Source: Anaerolineae bacterium (GTDB lineage: Bacteria > Chloroflexota > Anaerolineae > JAADDB01). Taken from it: 64,000 nucleotides of DNA. Location: assembly GCA_015490995.1 (NCBI GenBank), contig WFWT01000007.1, positions 13,671 through 77,670 of the forward strand, written 5' to 3'. Numbering within the stretch: the stretch's first letter is position 1; each line of letters opens with the position of its first letter. The notes under the pieces were generated by a model. The model was not told the origin of the DNA, made no database searches, and saw only the letters and a program-made list of their open reading frames with translations. Positions 1-10,027 of this stretch are shown in pieces. Both the position numbers and the translations under genes were made by a program.

Positions 1-966
1 GAATAGCAAGGGCTCACGCGCGTGTTGCCAGAAGGGCATGTACCTCCGATAGGTGTACAACAGGAACATCAGCACAAATAACGCGATGAAGAGGCCATAA
101 CCAATAACCTGTCGGAGGGTAATGCGGCGTTGACGCAGACCAAATTTTTCCAACGCTTCTACCTGGGCTTCGGTGACCACCTCACCGGAGCGGACGATAA
201 TTTCCCCGGCTTCGTACTCGACGATGACGGGGGGCACGGACTCGCGAGCCTCCTGGCGTAGGCGTTCCGTCTTCTGGGGGTTCGGGAAAGTATTCGGCCG
301 TAGAAGGGCCTGTACAATGCGGGTGACAACTGCTGCCTCCTGTTCGGTCAAACGGGTCTGATCCACCAACAGGGGAACGTTGGCCCGCACAATGGGCAGA
401 TCGCTTTCGCGAATTTCCCGCCCCATGGCCAGCCGGAGGGTGGCCATGGTTTCTGCTGCCACCAGTTCCCATCGCTCTTGGGGCAGAAGGGCCAAAAGAC
501 GGGCATGCTCCTCGGTCAGGTTCAGGTCCGTGATGGCCTGAATTTCGCGGGTCTTCTGGGCCAGGTCCGCGTACGGGTTGGCCCGTACAGTGTCGATGAA
601 GCGGATGATCTCTTGGAGACGGGTGATCTGCTGGCGGGCCACCTGGGGACGCGGTGGGTCGTAGACCTCTTCCACCTGCTGGGCCGCCTTTTCCCGCGCT
701 TGCCGGGTAAGTACTTCGCTCTCGTAACGCAAACTACGAGGCGCCCGGATGTCCAGCGGGGAAACCTCTCCCGCTTCTAAGGTCACCCGTTCACCCAGGG
801 GAATGTCCAACACCAGGAGCGTGGTAGCCAGAACGAGGAAGAGGAGGGAGAGGACGATCACGCGGACAATATCCGACCCGCTGATACCCTCCTCGCCCGG
901 CAGGCGAGGAGGGCGTCGCGCGCCCAACAGGGCGTCCAACCGTTCTAGGTGAATGTTCCGGCTCAT
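1..966 (-). CDS. 7TM-HD family phosphohydrolase (PgpH-like), 5' part; runs off the window start
   Basis: Manual translation from ATG 966: MSRNIHLERL..., TM segment, GEVSPLDIRAPRSLRYESEVLT and VEYEAGEIIVRSGEVVTEAQVEALEKFGL, typical of the 7TMR-HD extracellular domain; lies downstream of yqeY. Confidence 0.8.
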   Translation of the reverse strand, partial: MSRNIHLERLDALLGARRPPRLPGEEGISGSDIVRVIVLSLLFLVLATTLLVLDIPLGERVTLEAGEVSPLDIRAPRSLRYESEVLTRQAREKAAQQVEEVYDPPRPQVARQQITRLQEIIRFIDTVRANPYADLAQKTREIQAITDLNLTEEHARLLALLPQERWELVAAETMATLRLAMGREIRESDLPIVRANVPLLVDQTRLTEQEAAVVTRIVQALLRPNTFPNPQKTERLRQEARESVPPVIVEYEAGEIIVRSGEVVTEAQVEALEKFGLRQRRITLRQVIGYGLFIALFVLMFLLYTYRRYMPFWQHAREPLLF

Positions 967-1024
967 GAGTATGTGCCCGTGAGACCCGCTTGCAGCCCCT
1001 TGGGCGGTGGCATCGGTGAGGGGC

Positions 1025-1495
1025 TCACGATGATGTCTGTTGTTGCAACAACGCACGCACAACGTCGCTCACCAGGCGACCATCCGCCCGGCCGCGCATT
1101 TCCGCCATGAGCACCTTCATCACCTTCCCCATGTCCTTCGGGCCAGACGCGCCCACTTCAGCAATGACCTCACGGGCGCGTGCCGCAATCTCCTCGCGAG
1201 TCAACTGCCGAGGCAAGTACTGACGTAAGATGGCCAATTCGGCTTCCTCCGCGGCCACCAGATCGTCCCGGCCTCCCCGGACGTACATCTCTATGGCTTC
1301 TTCCCGTTTTTTCGCTTCTCGGGCAATGATCTGCACAATCTCGTCATCGCTCAGCTCGCGCAGCGCGTTTCCCTCCCGGGCCGCGCGGCTGATAGCCGTT
1401 ATGAGACTTCGCAACGCGCGCTTTCGAGCCTCATCCCCACTGCGGATGGCTTCCTTCAAGTCGGCTTCAATGTGATCCTTCAACGCCATGGACAA
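1025..1495 (-). CDS. yqeY: GatB/YqeY domain protein
   Basis: LKEAIRSGD, YLPRQLT, GPKDMGKVM and GRADG motifs; GAGGAGG RBS; start TTG 1495 or ATG 1489. Confidence 0.9.
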   Translation of the reverse strand: MSMALKDHIEADLKEAIRSGDEARKRALRSLITAISRAAREGNALRELSDDEIVQIIAREAKKREEAIEMYVRGGRDDLVAAEEAELAILRQYLPRQLTREEIAARAREVIAEVGASGPKDMGKVMKVLMAEMRGRADGRLVSDVVRALLQQQTSS

Positions 1496-1544
1496 GCTAG
1501 CCTCCTCAACAAAAGGTCAACCCTTCGGACAAACATCGCTCCCG

Positions 1545-1574
1545 ATTATAGCGGGAACCGGGAACTCTTGTCAA
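1545..1574 (-). promoter_or_regulatory. sigma70-like promoter for yqeY
   Basis: TTGACA-N18-TATAAT on the minus strand. Confidence 0.65.
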
Positions 1575-1629
1575 CCGGTGTTGCGCCTTCGCTCTTTGAG
1601 TTACATAGCCTGACCCTAAGCAACTCCTT

Positions 1630-1658
1630 TTGACCAGTTTACGGCTTTTGCTTACAAT
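1630..1658 (+). promoter_or_regulatory. sigma70-like promoter for the L,D-transpeptidase gene
   Basis: TTGACC-N17-TACAAT. Confidence 0.5.
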
Positions 1659-1762
1659 TTAGGCAACTCCGTGTCCCGGACGCGATCTCGTTTCCCCGGG
1701 ATGCCGGGGTGTGAATGTGGTGACCTTCCCCTATGAGCATATGGTGTGGAGGAGAGTGACCA

Positions 1763-3847
1763 ATGACGCAGACAATGCCGCTCCTCAAGCTCCAGGTGAC
1801 CCCGCTGGGTGACCGTCAGGTCCGGTTTCAGGCCATCTTTCCGGTGCCCACCGATCACACGGCAGGTACGTGTGCGACCGCTACCCTATATCCGGGGGAC
1901 GGCAGTCGAATCGACCTTGGCACCCTGTGTGCGCCGACCCTGACTACCTGGCGGGAACGTCGCGTCGTGGATCTGGCCGAACACACGTACCCGGAGGCAG
2001 GCCCCTTTGAGGCCCGTTTGACCTGGGGCAGTCTAACCGTGACCGTTACGGTCGCGCCCGACGAAGAGGCCGAGGAGACACCCGCCCCCACTCCTCTGCC
2101 GGATGTAGTGACCTTCACGGTGGAGCCCGACGAAGAGGCCCCGTTACATCCTAAGGTGTACCTGGCCGTACGGGGTCTCAACAAAAATCATCGGGTGCGT
2201 CTGGACGCTGACGCGGAACAGGCGTTCTGGCTTTATCCCGCCGACGGAGAGGAACAGTCCGCGGAGTGGACCCTGGCGTACAATAAGCCGGGCACGTACC
2301 GCATCACGGTAGACGTGGTCGATGAGCAAGGGTTCTGGGTCGCCACCTTGGCCGAGACGTCGGTGACGGTGCTTGAATTGCCTGCACAGGACGAAACACC
2401 GGAGGAACCTCCCGCCATCGAGATCCCTGAAAGTCTTCCGCCGGCGGCCCGCATTGCCCTGGAGGAAATCGCCGCGTTTCGTACCGACCGACCGGCGTGG
2501 TTGCCCTTCCGGTATGCCCGGCCGGTGTGGCCCAACGCCCGGACGTACGTTTCCCCCGGCGGTGGCCGGATCTCCCGCATTCTCTTGCCGGGCACATACC
2601 TCTCCATCCGGGGCGAAACGGTGGTGGATGGGGAAATCTGGTACCGCACCGCCGGGCACGACTGGATCCCGGCCAGCGCGGTGGTGCTAATTCGGACCAG
2701 CGACCTGCGGGGGGTGGTCCTGCGGAGGGAAGCGCCCCCGACCGAGCCCACCCCGCCTCCAGAGACCCCGTTACGCCGTGGGGTGGTGACCGCGTACATC
2801 CTGAACGTGCGTGCCCAACCTGGCGTCCGGCCAGACAACCCACCCATCGACAAGTTGCGCCAGGGCACAGAGGTTACCATTTACGAGGAGGCTCCCTACA
2901 ACGGTGAGATCTGGTACCGTATCGGCGTGGACCGGTGGGTCCACAGCGGGTGGGTGCGCATCATCAGTGATACGCCCCCGGAGACCGTGTTGCGCCGTGG
3001 GGTGGTGACCGCGTACATCCTGAACGTGCGTGCCCAACCCGGCGTCCGGCCAGACAACCCACCCATCGACAAGCTATATCGGGGTACTGAAGTGACCATC
3101 TATGAGGAAGCCCCCTACAACGGCGAAATCTGGTACCGCATCGGCCTCAACCGGTGGGTTCACAGCGGGTGGGTGCGCGTGCTGGACGGTGTGCCTCGGA
3201 CGGACACGGTCTCGCCTGAGGAAAGCATGACGTTGCCGGTGGGATGGGTGGTCGCACCGGTCTTGAACGTGCGTGCCCAACCCGGCGTCCGGCCAGACAA
3301 CCCACCCATCGACAAGGTACGCTATAAGACGGTCGTGCCAATCCTGGAGGAGACCACGGTCCAGGGCGCGCGTTGGTACCGTATCGGTGAGGACCGCTGG
3401 GTGTACGGAGGATGGGTGGGCGTAGCCCGTTATAAGCCCCGACCGGCCAGCATTCGACCTAATGAGTTCTGGGTGGGGGTCAACCTGCGAGAGCAGACGG
3501 CCGTGGCCTACGAGGGGGATGAGCCCGTCTATGCCGCCTTAGTGGCCACAGGACTCCCACAAACCCCTACCGTACGAGGTATTTTCCGCACCTGGTTGCG
3601 CCTGAAGTGGGGTAAAATGTCCGGCGGAAGCCCGGCTCGGGGGAACTACTACTACCTGGAAGATGTTACCTGGACCATGTACTTCTACCAGGGGTATGCA
3701 CTGCACGGCACATACTGGCACGACGCGTTTGGCCGGCCGCGAAGCCGAGGGTGTGTGAACATGAGCCCTTACGATGCGTGGTGGGTCTTCAACTGGAGCG
3801 CGAAGCAGGGCAAGCACAGCCCGGCCGTATATGTATATTGGCAATAA
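1763..3847 (+). CDS. L,D-transpeptidase (YkuD) with tandem bacterial SH3 repeats and an N-terminal Ig/PKD-like region
   Basis: C-terminal YALHGTYWH...SRGCVN catalytic motif; three LNVRAQPG...WYRIG..RWV repeats; GGAGGAG RBS. Confidence 0.85.
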   Translation: MTQTMPLLKLQVTPLGDRQVRFQAIFPVPTDHTAGTCATATLYPGDGSRIDLGTLCAPTLTTWRERRVVDLAEHTYPEAGPFEARLTWGSLTVTVTVAPDEEAEETPAPTPLPDVVTFTVEPDEEAPLHPKVYLAVRGLNKNHRVRLDADAEQAFWLYPADGEEQSAEWTLAYNKPGTYRITVDVVDEQGFWVATLAETSVTVLELPAQDETPEEPPAIEIPESLPPAARIALEEIAAFRTDRPAWLPFRYARPVWPNARTYVSPGGGRISRILLPGTYLSIRGETVVDGEIWYRTAGHDWIPASAVVLIRTSDLRGVVLRREAPPTEPTPPPETPLRRGVVTAYILNVRAQPGVRPDNPPIDKLRQGTEVTIYEEAPYNGEIWYRIGVDRWVHSGWVRIISDTPPETVLRRGVVTAYILNVRAQPGVRPDNPPIDKLYRGTEVTIYEEAPYNGEIWYRIGLNRWVHSGWVRVLDGVPRTDTVSPEESMTLPVGWVVAPVLNVRAQPGVRPDNPPIDKVRYKTVVPILEETTVQGARWYRIGEDRWVYGGWVGVARYKPRPASIRPNEFWVGVNLREQTAVAYEGDEPVYAALVATGLPQTPTVRGIFRTWLRLKWGKMSGGSPARGNYYYLEDVTWTMYFYQGYALHGTYWHDAFGRPRSRGCVNMSPYDAWWVFNWSAKQGKHSPAVYVYWQ
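2774..3316 (+). repeat. Intragenic SH3-coding repeats
   Basis: Copies 1 and 2 are spaced 219 nt; the 53-nt block tgaacgtgcgtgcccaac...catcgacaag occurs at 2802, 3021 and 3264 (identical in copies 2 and 3, one mismatch in copy 1). Confidence 0.9.
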
Positions 3848-3898
3848 TCCTGGGAACGTCCCACCACAGGCCGTGCAGGGGACGTGGAAATCACAGGG

Positions 3899-5620
3899 AT
3901 GTTGCGTGAACTGACCATTCACAACTTTGCGATCGTCGATCAATTGCGAGTGACCTTCGGCCCTGGTCTGAACGTGTTGACCGGCGAGACTGGCGCGGGC
4001 AAGTCCCTGCTGGTGGACGCGATGACCGCCATTCTGGGCGCGCGGGTGCATCCCGAGTGGTTGCGAGCCGGCGCGTCCCAGGGGTTCGTAGAGGGCATCT
4101 TCGAACTGCAGGGGGAGGTGCGCGAACGGGTACATGCCCTCCTCCGTCGGGAAGGCCTGGAAGGGGAAGAGGAGGATGTGCTGATCCTCGCCCGGGAACT
4201 GCGGGCCGGGGGGCGTAGCGTGGCGCGGGTCAACGGTCGCGCGGTGACCGCGTCCTTGTTGGCCGAACTGGGCAGCTTGCTGGTGGACATTCACGGTCAG
4301 GGCGATCATCTCTCCCTTCTTCAACCGCGACATCAGCTGGCCCTGCTGGACCGTTACGCACACCTGGAGTCCCTACGAGCTGCCGTTGCCGAGGAAGTCG
4401 CCCACCTGCGAGCAGTACAGCGTGAATTGAACGATCTTCGCACCCGAGAGCGGGAGCTGGCTCAGCGCGCTGATCTCCTGGCCTATCAGGTTCAGGAAAT
4501 CTACAACGCGCACTTGGAACCTGGGGAAGACGAAGCTCTGGAGGCCGAACGCCGGCGATTGGCCCACGCCGAACAGCTCATGGAAGGGGTGGAAGCCGCC
4601 ATACTTGCCCTGGAGGGGGAAATCGGCGCTACGCCGGGCGCCATTGACTTGCTAGGCGAAGCAAGTCACCGCCTGAGCCGGCTCGGCGACCTCGACCCGG
4701 ACCTCGTTCGCCTTGCAGAACAGGCTGAGGTGCTCGCGGACCAGGTAAACGACCTGTTGCGGGAGTTGCATCATTATCGGGACCGGGTGGAATTCAACCC
4801 TCAACGGCTGGAGGAGGTAGAGGAGCGCCTGGCGCTGATTCGCAACCTCAAACGCAAGTACGGTGATACCATCGAGGATATCCTGGCATACGCAGCGCGA
4901 GCCGAACAGGAACTGGCCCAGATCGAACATGCGGACGAACGTCTGACCGAGCTGACTGCCCAGGCAGAAGACCTGCTACGGCGGGTGGGCCAGCTCGCGG
5001 CAGAACTCTCCCGTCGGCGTCAGGAGGCCGCGGAACGCCTGGCACGCGAGGTGGAGGCCATATTGAAGGACCTACACATGCCCCACACGCGCGTGCAGGT
5101 ACAGGTCACCCAGGAGGAGGCGCCAGAGGGCGTACCGGTGGGGGACAAGCGGCTCGCCTTCTCCAGCACAGGTGTGGACCGGGTGCAATTCCTGGTGGCG
5201 ACAAACCCCGGTGAACCGCTGCGTCCACTGGCCCGCATTGCCTCGGGCGGGGAAACAGCCCGTCTAATGTTGGCATTGAAGACCGTCCTCGCCCACGCCG
5301 ATCCCGTGCCGACGCTCATCTTCGATGAAATCGACGTGGGCATAGGCGGTCGGGTGGGACGCGTGGTAGGACAACTTTTGCGTCGATTGGCCCAACACCA
5401 TCAGGTCCTCTGTATCACCCACCTTCCCCAGGTGGCCGCGTACGGTCATCACCACTTGAACGTGGTCAAGCAGGTGGAGGAAGGACGTACCCGAGTGACG
5501 GTGCAAGTGTTGCAGGGCGAAGCGCGACTGTGGGAACTGGCCGCCATGCTGGGCGCGCCGACACCCACGGGCTTCCAAAGCGCTCAGGAGATGCTGGAAG
5601 AAGCAGAAAACGCCACCTGA
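3899..5620 (+). CDS. recN: DNA repair protein RecN
   Basis: LTGETGAGKS Walker A, IHGQ, ASGGE, IFDEID and CITHLPQVAA. Confidence 0.97.
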   Translation: MLRELTIHNFAIVDQLRVTFGPGLNVLTGETGAGKSLLVDAMTAILGARVHPEWLRAGASQGFVEGIFELQGEVRERVHALLRREGLEGEEEDVLILARELRAGGRSVARVNGRAVTASLLAELGSLLVDIHGQGDHLSLLQPRHQLALLDRYAHLESLRAAVAEEVAHLRAVQRELNDLRTRERELAQRADLLAYQVQEIYNAHLEPGEDEALEAERRRLAHAEQLMEGVEAAILALEGEIGATPGAIDLLGEASHRLSRLGDLDPDLVRLAEQAEVLADQVNDLLRELHHYRDRVEFNPQRLEEVEERLALIRNLKRKYGDTIEDILAYAARAEQELAQIEHADERLTELTAQAEDLLRRVGQLAAELSRRRQEAAERLAREVEAILKDLHMPHTRVQVQVTQEEAPEGVPVGDKRLAFSSTGVDRVQFLVATNPGEPLRPLARIASGGETARLMLALKTVLAHADPVPTLIFDEIDVGIGGRVGRVVGQLLRRLAQHHQVLCITHLPQVAAYGHHHLNVVKQVEEGRTRVTVQVLQGEARLWELAAMLGAPTPTGFQSAQEMLEEAENAT

Positions 5621-5625
5621 GAGGG

Positions 5626-7098
5626 TTAGCCGACGCCCCGGGAGAGATATTGACGTTGCCAGGCCCTCAAGTGTTCCCGTACATCAGGCCACACCACCAG
5701 AACGGTCAGAAAGTACACAAGCCCGTAACTTCCCCCCGCAAGCACGAGACGCTCTACGCCGGGCGTGGTCAGCCAGCGAGAGAGGACCAACGCCGTAAGT
5801 ACGGTTAACAGTCCTCCTACACCCACGGTGGGGAGCAACGCTCGCACGTAAGGCCGCCATCCCGCGGCGAGAATGCGGTCGGCCAGCACTGCGGAAATGC
5901 CGAAATCCACTATCGCCACCCCCGCCGAGAGGATACTGACCCCCAAAATCCCCTGCCAGCGAATCGCCGGGTACAGGAGAAGCACCATCGTAGTCAGACG
6001 CCACATCGCGATGTAGGTCAGATATTGCGGACGTCCCCCGCTCCGATACACGTTGCCGATGTTCGCCGCCAGTGCCCTTATTAGCCCGTAAATGGCCAGC
6101 CAGCGCATGGGTCCAACCATCTCCCGCCACTTGTCCGGGCCGATCAGCGCGACCACGTCGGTCGCGAACAGGATGGTCCCTCCTGCGATGGGTACAGCCA
6201 GCAGGGACACGTACGCCAGAGCCTGAAAGTACACCCGTCGGAAGAGGGAACGATCCTCCCGTACTTTGGCGAGTGCGGGGAACATCACCTGATTCACAAC
6301 GCCGGTAATCTGGGTGGCCGGCAGGTTGGAAAGCCGATAAGCGTTGTCATATACTCCCTCCGGTCCCCATCCCAGAAGGCGAATAACGAAGAGGTCATCC
6401 ACGTTGGTAATGCCCAGGATGAGCAGCTGGGAGCCCATGATGTGCTTGCCATAGGCGAAAAGTTCGCGAGCCAACCGTGGGACGAACACCCATCGAGGAC
6501 GCCATCCGGTGATCCACCAGGACAGGCCGACCATGCTGGTTGTAGCGCCCAAGCGGCCGAATACCAAGCTCCATACCCCCCATCCCAATGCCGCCAAAGG
6601 CAGCGAGATGGCCACATGGACCAAGTTGGACGCAATCTCGGGAACGGCGCGACGGCGGAAGTCCATCTCCTTGGTCAAGCGAACCATAGGCACTCGGGCC
6701 AAGGCACCGATGATCAGGTTTAACCCCAGTACCTGCAACACCGGTGCGATCAGGGGGTTGGGGTCGCGGGCAAAGGACACGGCCAAAGGCGCAATCCAAA
6801 GGGTGAGGAGGTACATGACCACTGCCGTGCCCAGAACAAACCAAAACGCGGTGTGCTCTGCCTGTTCCTCCTCTTCTCCGGTACGGCCTCGGAAGTAGAT
6901 GAGGGCCGAGCCGAAGCCGGCTTCGCGAATCAGCTGTAGGGCGTCGACGTACAGGTTGGCGCCGGCGATCAACCCAAAGTCCTCTCGGGTTAACAACACA
7001 GCCAGCACCAGGCGGGTGATCAGCCCCAATACCCGGATGATGACGTTGGCCAGAGCAACCCAAAACACACCGGAGCGGATCTGACGGCCCAGGGTCAT
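5626..7098 (-). CDS. Polysaccharide flippase (Wzx/WzxC-like, PST family)
   Basis: LAVLLTREDFG, LGWGVWSLV and GVYDNAYRL; many TM segments; start ATG 7098 overlaps the upstream stop. Confidence 0.85.
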   Translation of the reverse strand: MTLGRQIRSGVFWVALANVIIRVLGLITRLVLAVLLTREDFGLIAGANLYVDALQLIREAGFGSALIYFRGRTGEEEEQAEHTAFWFVLGTAVVMYLLTLWIAPLAVSFARDPNPLIAPVLQVLGLNLIIGALARVPMVRLTKEMDFRRRAVPEIASNLVHVAISLPLAALGWGVWSLVFGRLGATTSMVGLSWWITGWRPRWVFVPRLARELFAYGKHIMGSQLLILGITNVDDLFVIRLLGWGPEGVYDNAYRLSNLPATQITGVVNQVMFPALAKVREDRSLFRRVYFQALAYVSLLAVPIAGGTILFATDVVALIGPDKWREMVGPMRWLAIYGLIRALAANIGNVYRSGGRPQYLTYIAMWRLTTMVLLLYPAIRWQGILGVSILSAGVAIVDFGISAVLADRILAAGWRPYVRALLPTVGVGGLLTVLTALVLSRWLTTPGVERLVLAGGSYGLVYFLTVLVVWPDVREHLRAWQRQYLSRGVG

Positions 7099-7787
7099 GC
7101 GGGTTTCCTCGCATCGATGATAAAATCGCGAGCGAACAGGGAAGGTCGATGTCGTGCCAGCCACGTGTACACCGCCCGCACCCCCGGCCACCGCAAGTAA
7201 GCAGGGTACATCTGCCAGACCCAAAGGGAGGCGGACCCATCGGTGCCCACCACGCGTAGCCCGCGCGCTTCCAAAGCCCGTCGGGTGTCGGATAGGGTGA
7301 AGTGTCGCAGGTGCGTGAAATCCGTCGGTGTGTTGCGCACTACCGGAAAGCGACCGCGCAACAACTGCCACCGTACCCACCAGTGGGCGATGTTGGGCAG
7401 GAGCAGCAGGAATTGGCCCCCTGGACGTAGCACACGCACCACTTCATCCAGCACCGGATCCACAAAAAACCGGTGCTCCAGCCCGCTGTCGCTTACCACG
7501 ATGTCAAAACTCTCAGAAGCGAAGGGCAGTCCACCGGCATCCAAGTCCACCTGAACCGAGCACAAGCCCTTTTCTCGAGAGAACCGACACGCGACCGCGC
7601 TCAGATCGGTGGCGAAAACACGATACCCCCGTGCCCGGAACATTTGCCCCAAAACGCCGTTGCCGCTGTCCAGGGCCAGCAGACGTTCTCCCGTCGCGGC
7701 ACGGTCGACCAGCAATTGTAACCGAGAGCGGTCGACCAGATCACCCTTCTCGCGCCAGTACGCGTCGTACCAAGCTCGCAGGTTCAC
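7095..7787 (-). CDS. Class I SAM-dependent methyltransferase
   Basis: LLALDSGNG motif I variant, LPFASESFDIVV and RVLRPGG; likely GTG start 7787 after GAGGGG. Confidence 0.8.
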   Translation of the reverse strand: MNLRAWYDAYWREKGDLVDRSRLQLLVDRAATGERLLALDSGNGVLGQMFRARGYRVFATDLSAVACRFSREKGLCSVQVDLDAGGLPFASESFDIVVSDSGLEHRFFVDPVLDEVVRVLRPGGQFLLLLPNIAHWWVRWQLLRGRFPVVRNTPTDFTHLRHFTLSDTRRALEARGLRVVGTDGSASLWVWQMYPAYLRWPGVRAVYTWLARHRPSLFARDFIIDARKPA

Positions 7788-7798
7788 GCCATATCCCC

Positions 7799-9625
7799 TC
7801 AGCGGCTCAAAGTGGGCAACCACGCGCACCATTGGCGCCGGTTCCCAAAGTTTCGCTCGACAACTTCCCCGGCGGTGATAACGACCCAATAAGCATTCAC
7901 CGTAACGTCCTCATAACAGGGAGGACTTACCTCGGTCACGAGGTACGTGCCGGGCTTCAAGCCCGCAAACCGGTATCGTCCATCCTCGCCGGTGGTTACT
8001 TGGGCAATCGGCTGGCCGGCCTCACGCAACACCACTCGGCTACCGGGGATGCCCGGTTCGTCCGGGTCATATTGTCCGTTGCCGTTAGCATCGTCGAACA
8101 CCACGCCCTGGAGAGTGCCCGTCGTGGGGGTGGGCATTGTGGTGGTGACCGTGAAAGCAACCCGCCCTCCGGGCAGTGGAAACCGGACCTTCCCGTCAAC
8201 AGGGGTGATTACCTGGGACACAGGCGGAACTGGAGGGGAAGTAGTGACCGTCACCGGTGTCGTAGGCCATCCCAAGTCGGCCAGGTTCAGCGTAAAGGTG
8301 AGTCCTACGGTGTCCTCAACAACGCCTGTAACCACGGTGGCCGTGTGGGTCACGGTGACGGTAATCCAGCGTTCAGGGCCGGGGAGCGGTGTCCATGCAG
8401 CCCACCAGAAACGGTATGGCCCTTGTTCCTCCTCATCGGCGTCGGTGACCGCGTGTATGGCATTGGGGGGTGCAGGACGCCGGAAAGCGGCAAGCCAGTC
8501 CAGAGCCTGGGCGTATGTCACAAAGTTGGGATCATTGGGATCAAAGGGCCCACTGTGATTGCCGTCATATTCCCGGAGGGTAACCGGCGCGTCACTACGG
8601 GCTGCCCGAATGGCTTGATACAGGTCTCGTGCGTGGTGGACCGGCACCCGCTCATCCTGACGGCCGTGAACGAGGAGCAACGGCGTGTGGACCAGGTTGC
8701 CGGCGAAGGAAAGGGGCGAACGACGGGCATAGGCAAAGGGCACTTCCTCCGGCAGTCCGCCCACCTCACGCCAAATGTTCGGATACGCCCGCGGGTCCTC
8801 TGTGAGCCACCGGGCCAAGTCTGTAGGGGAAGCGTAAACGACCGCGGCTGCGAAGTAGTCCGGGAATTTGCCCAGCGTGGTTAAGAGGGTCAGACCACCG
8901 GCGGAGTCGCTGAGGAGGTACACGCGTGTTGGGTCCACCGGATACGTACGCTGAACGTACGCCAGCACATCAAGCACATCACGTTGAGCGGGCCGAGCCC
9001 CCATTGGCCGATATCCCACGCTCACCGGGGAGGGACATCCTGCTGCGGGGTCCCACGGATCACCGGGAAGGGGCACCGGTCGCTCCCCGTGAAGCTCCGG
9101 CGCAGCGAACACCCATCCCCGCTGTGCAACCACAGGGCCTATACTCTCGGCCGCGTCCCGGTGAGGTGCACGCTGTTGATAACAGGAGAACATGCCGTGA
9201 AGGTAGATCACCACCGGCATAGGGGACGTGGGCAAAGGCGTCGGCAAAGCCAGACTCGCCCGCTGGGTGGTCCCATCCCAGGAACTGAGGAACGTGATGT
9301 CCACCACCGTAGTGGTGTACGTCGTGGTTTCCATCGGAGGTACGGCCGTTCTACCACCGGCGAGGGAACCCGTAGTACGTGCATCCACCACCAGCCCGAA
9401 GAACGTTCCGGCCAGCCACCCCCCTATAATCATCAAGGCGAGTGTTCGGAAGCTTATTGCTATGTCGGCCTTTCGGCCCTCATCCCCTTCCCATCCCTTT
9501 ACAGGCCATGCATTTCCAAACGCCCTTACGAGGGCGACAAGGACTTGACGAATGCGCCCCCAGGTAAACCACAGGGCCGCTTGTTTCCCGTGGGCGAGTG
9601 GGCTTCTGTTGCTGGCCGATGGCAT
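7799..9625 (-). CDS. Membrane-anchored or secreted alpha/beta hydrolase (S9-like) with a C-terminal SdrD-B/Cna-B domain
   Basis: VIYLHG, SDSAGG nucleophile elbow, HGRQDERVP and GNH; GVVFDDANGNGQYDPDEPGIPG...GRYRFAGLKPGTY; GGGAGG RBS. Confidence 0.75.
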   Translation of the reverse strand: MPSASNRSPLAHGKQAALWFTWGRIRQVLVALVRAFGNAWPVKGWEGDEGRKADIAISFRTLALMIIGGWLAGTFFGLVVDARTTGSLAGGRTAVPPMETTTYTTTVVDITFLSSWDGTTQRASLALPTPLPTSPMPVVIYLHGMFSCYQQRAPHRDAAESIGPVVAQRGWVFAAPELHGERPVPLPGDPWDPAAGCPSPVSVGYRPMGARPAQRDVLDVLAYVQRTYPVDPTRVYLLSDSAGGLTLLTTLGKFPDYFAAAVVYASPTDLARWLTEDPRAYPNIWREVGGLPEEVPFAYARRSPLSFAGNLVHTPLLLVHGRQDERVPVHHARDLYQAIRAARSDAPVTLREYDGNHSGPFDPNDPNFVTYAQALDWLAAFRRPAPPNAIHAVTDADEEEQGPYRFWWAAWTPLPGPERWITVTVTHTATVVTGVVEDTVGLTFTLNLADLGWPTTPVTVTTSPPVPPVSQVITPVDGKVRFPLPGGRVAFTVTTTMPTPTTGTLQGVVFDDANGNGQYDPDEPGIPGSRVVLREAGQPIAQVTTGEDGRYRFAGLKPGTYLVTEVSPPCYEDVTVNAYWVVITAGEVVERNFGNRRQWCAWLPTLSR

Positions 9626-9785
9626 CTACCTGTTCCTCCCGTGAGGTAACTCCCACTACACTGCCGGCACGGCAACCGTTAGATTGTAGTGCGCTTTAGC
9701 GCGGGGGACCAAGTTATTCCTCGTTTCCGTGAGGGACCATAACAGAACCTGAATGCCGGGGAAGCAGTCCTTCAGCCTTTATTCT

Positions 9786-9801
9786 CTTAACCAGGCCTTA
9801 A
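9786..9801 (+). promoter_or_regulatory. Candidate OmpR-family binding site upstream of apbE
   Basis: CTTAA-N6-CTTAA (11-bp period), same motif as 12527-12564. Confidence 0.5.
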
Positions 9802-10027
9802 ACTTTTGATAGGATACCTCTAACCTCTCTCCGCTCTTGGAACGCTACACTGGATTCAGCAACCCAGCCGCCGATAGACCCACAAACGTATCGTTGACCT
9901 TTTCCGGTGCGTTGGTCACAAGAGGGATGCCCCGGTTGAGAGCACACCGGACACTGGAGGGGGGACGTTTACCGGAAGAATACGGCTCAGGACGGGAGCA
10001 TGACCGTCACAGGGGTGGACGGGTCCC

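Noticed and set aside
2774..3316. SH3 repeats as a CRISPR array or DGR template/variable pair
   Set aside because: They are in-frame coding repeats with conserved protein between them; there is no cas or reverse transcriptase gene and no adenine-specific mismatch pattern
7328..8884. 518-aa plus-strand ORF and other long antisense or alternative-frame ORFs
   Set aside because: They are shadow ORFs of well-supported genes in GC-rich DNA, with Arg/Pro/Gly-rich translations and no motifs
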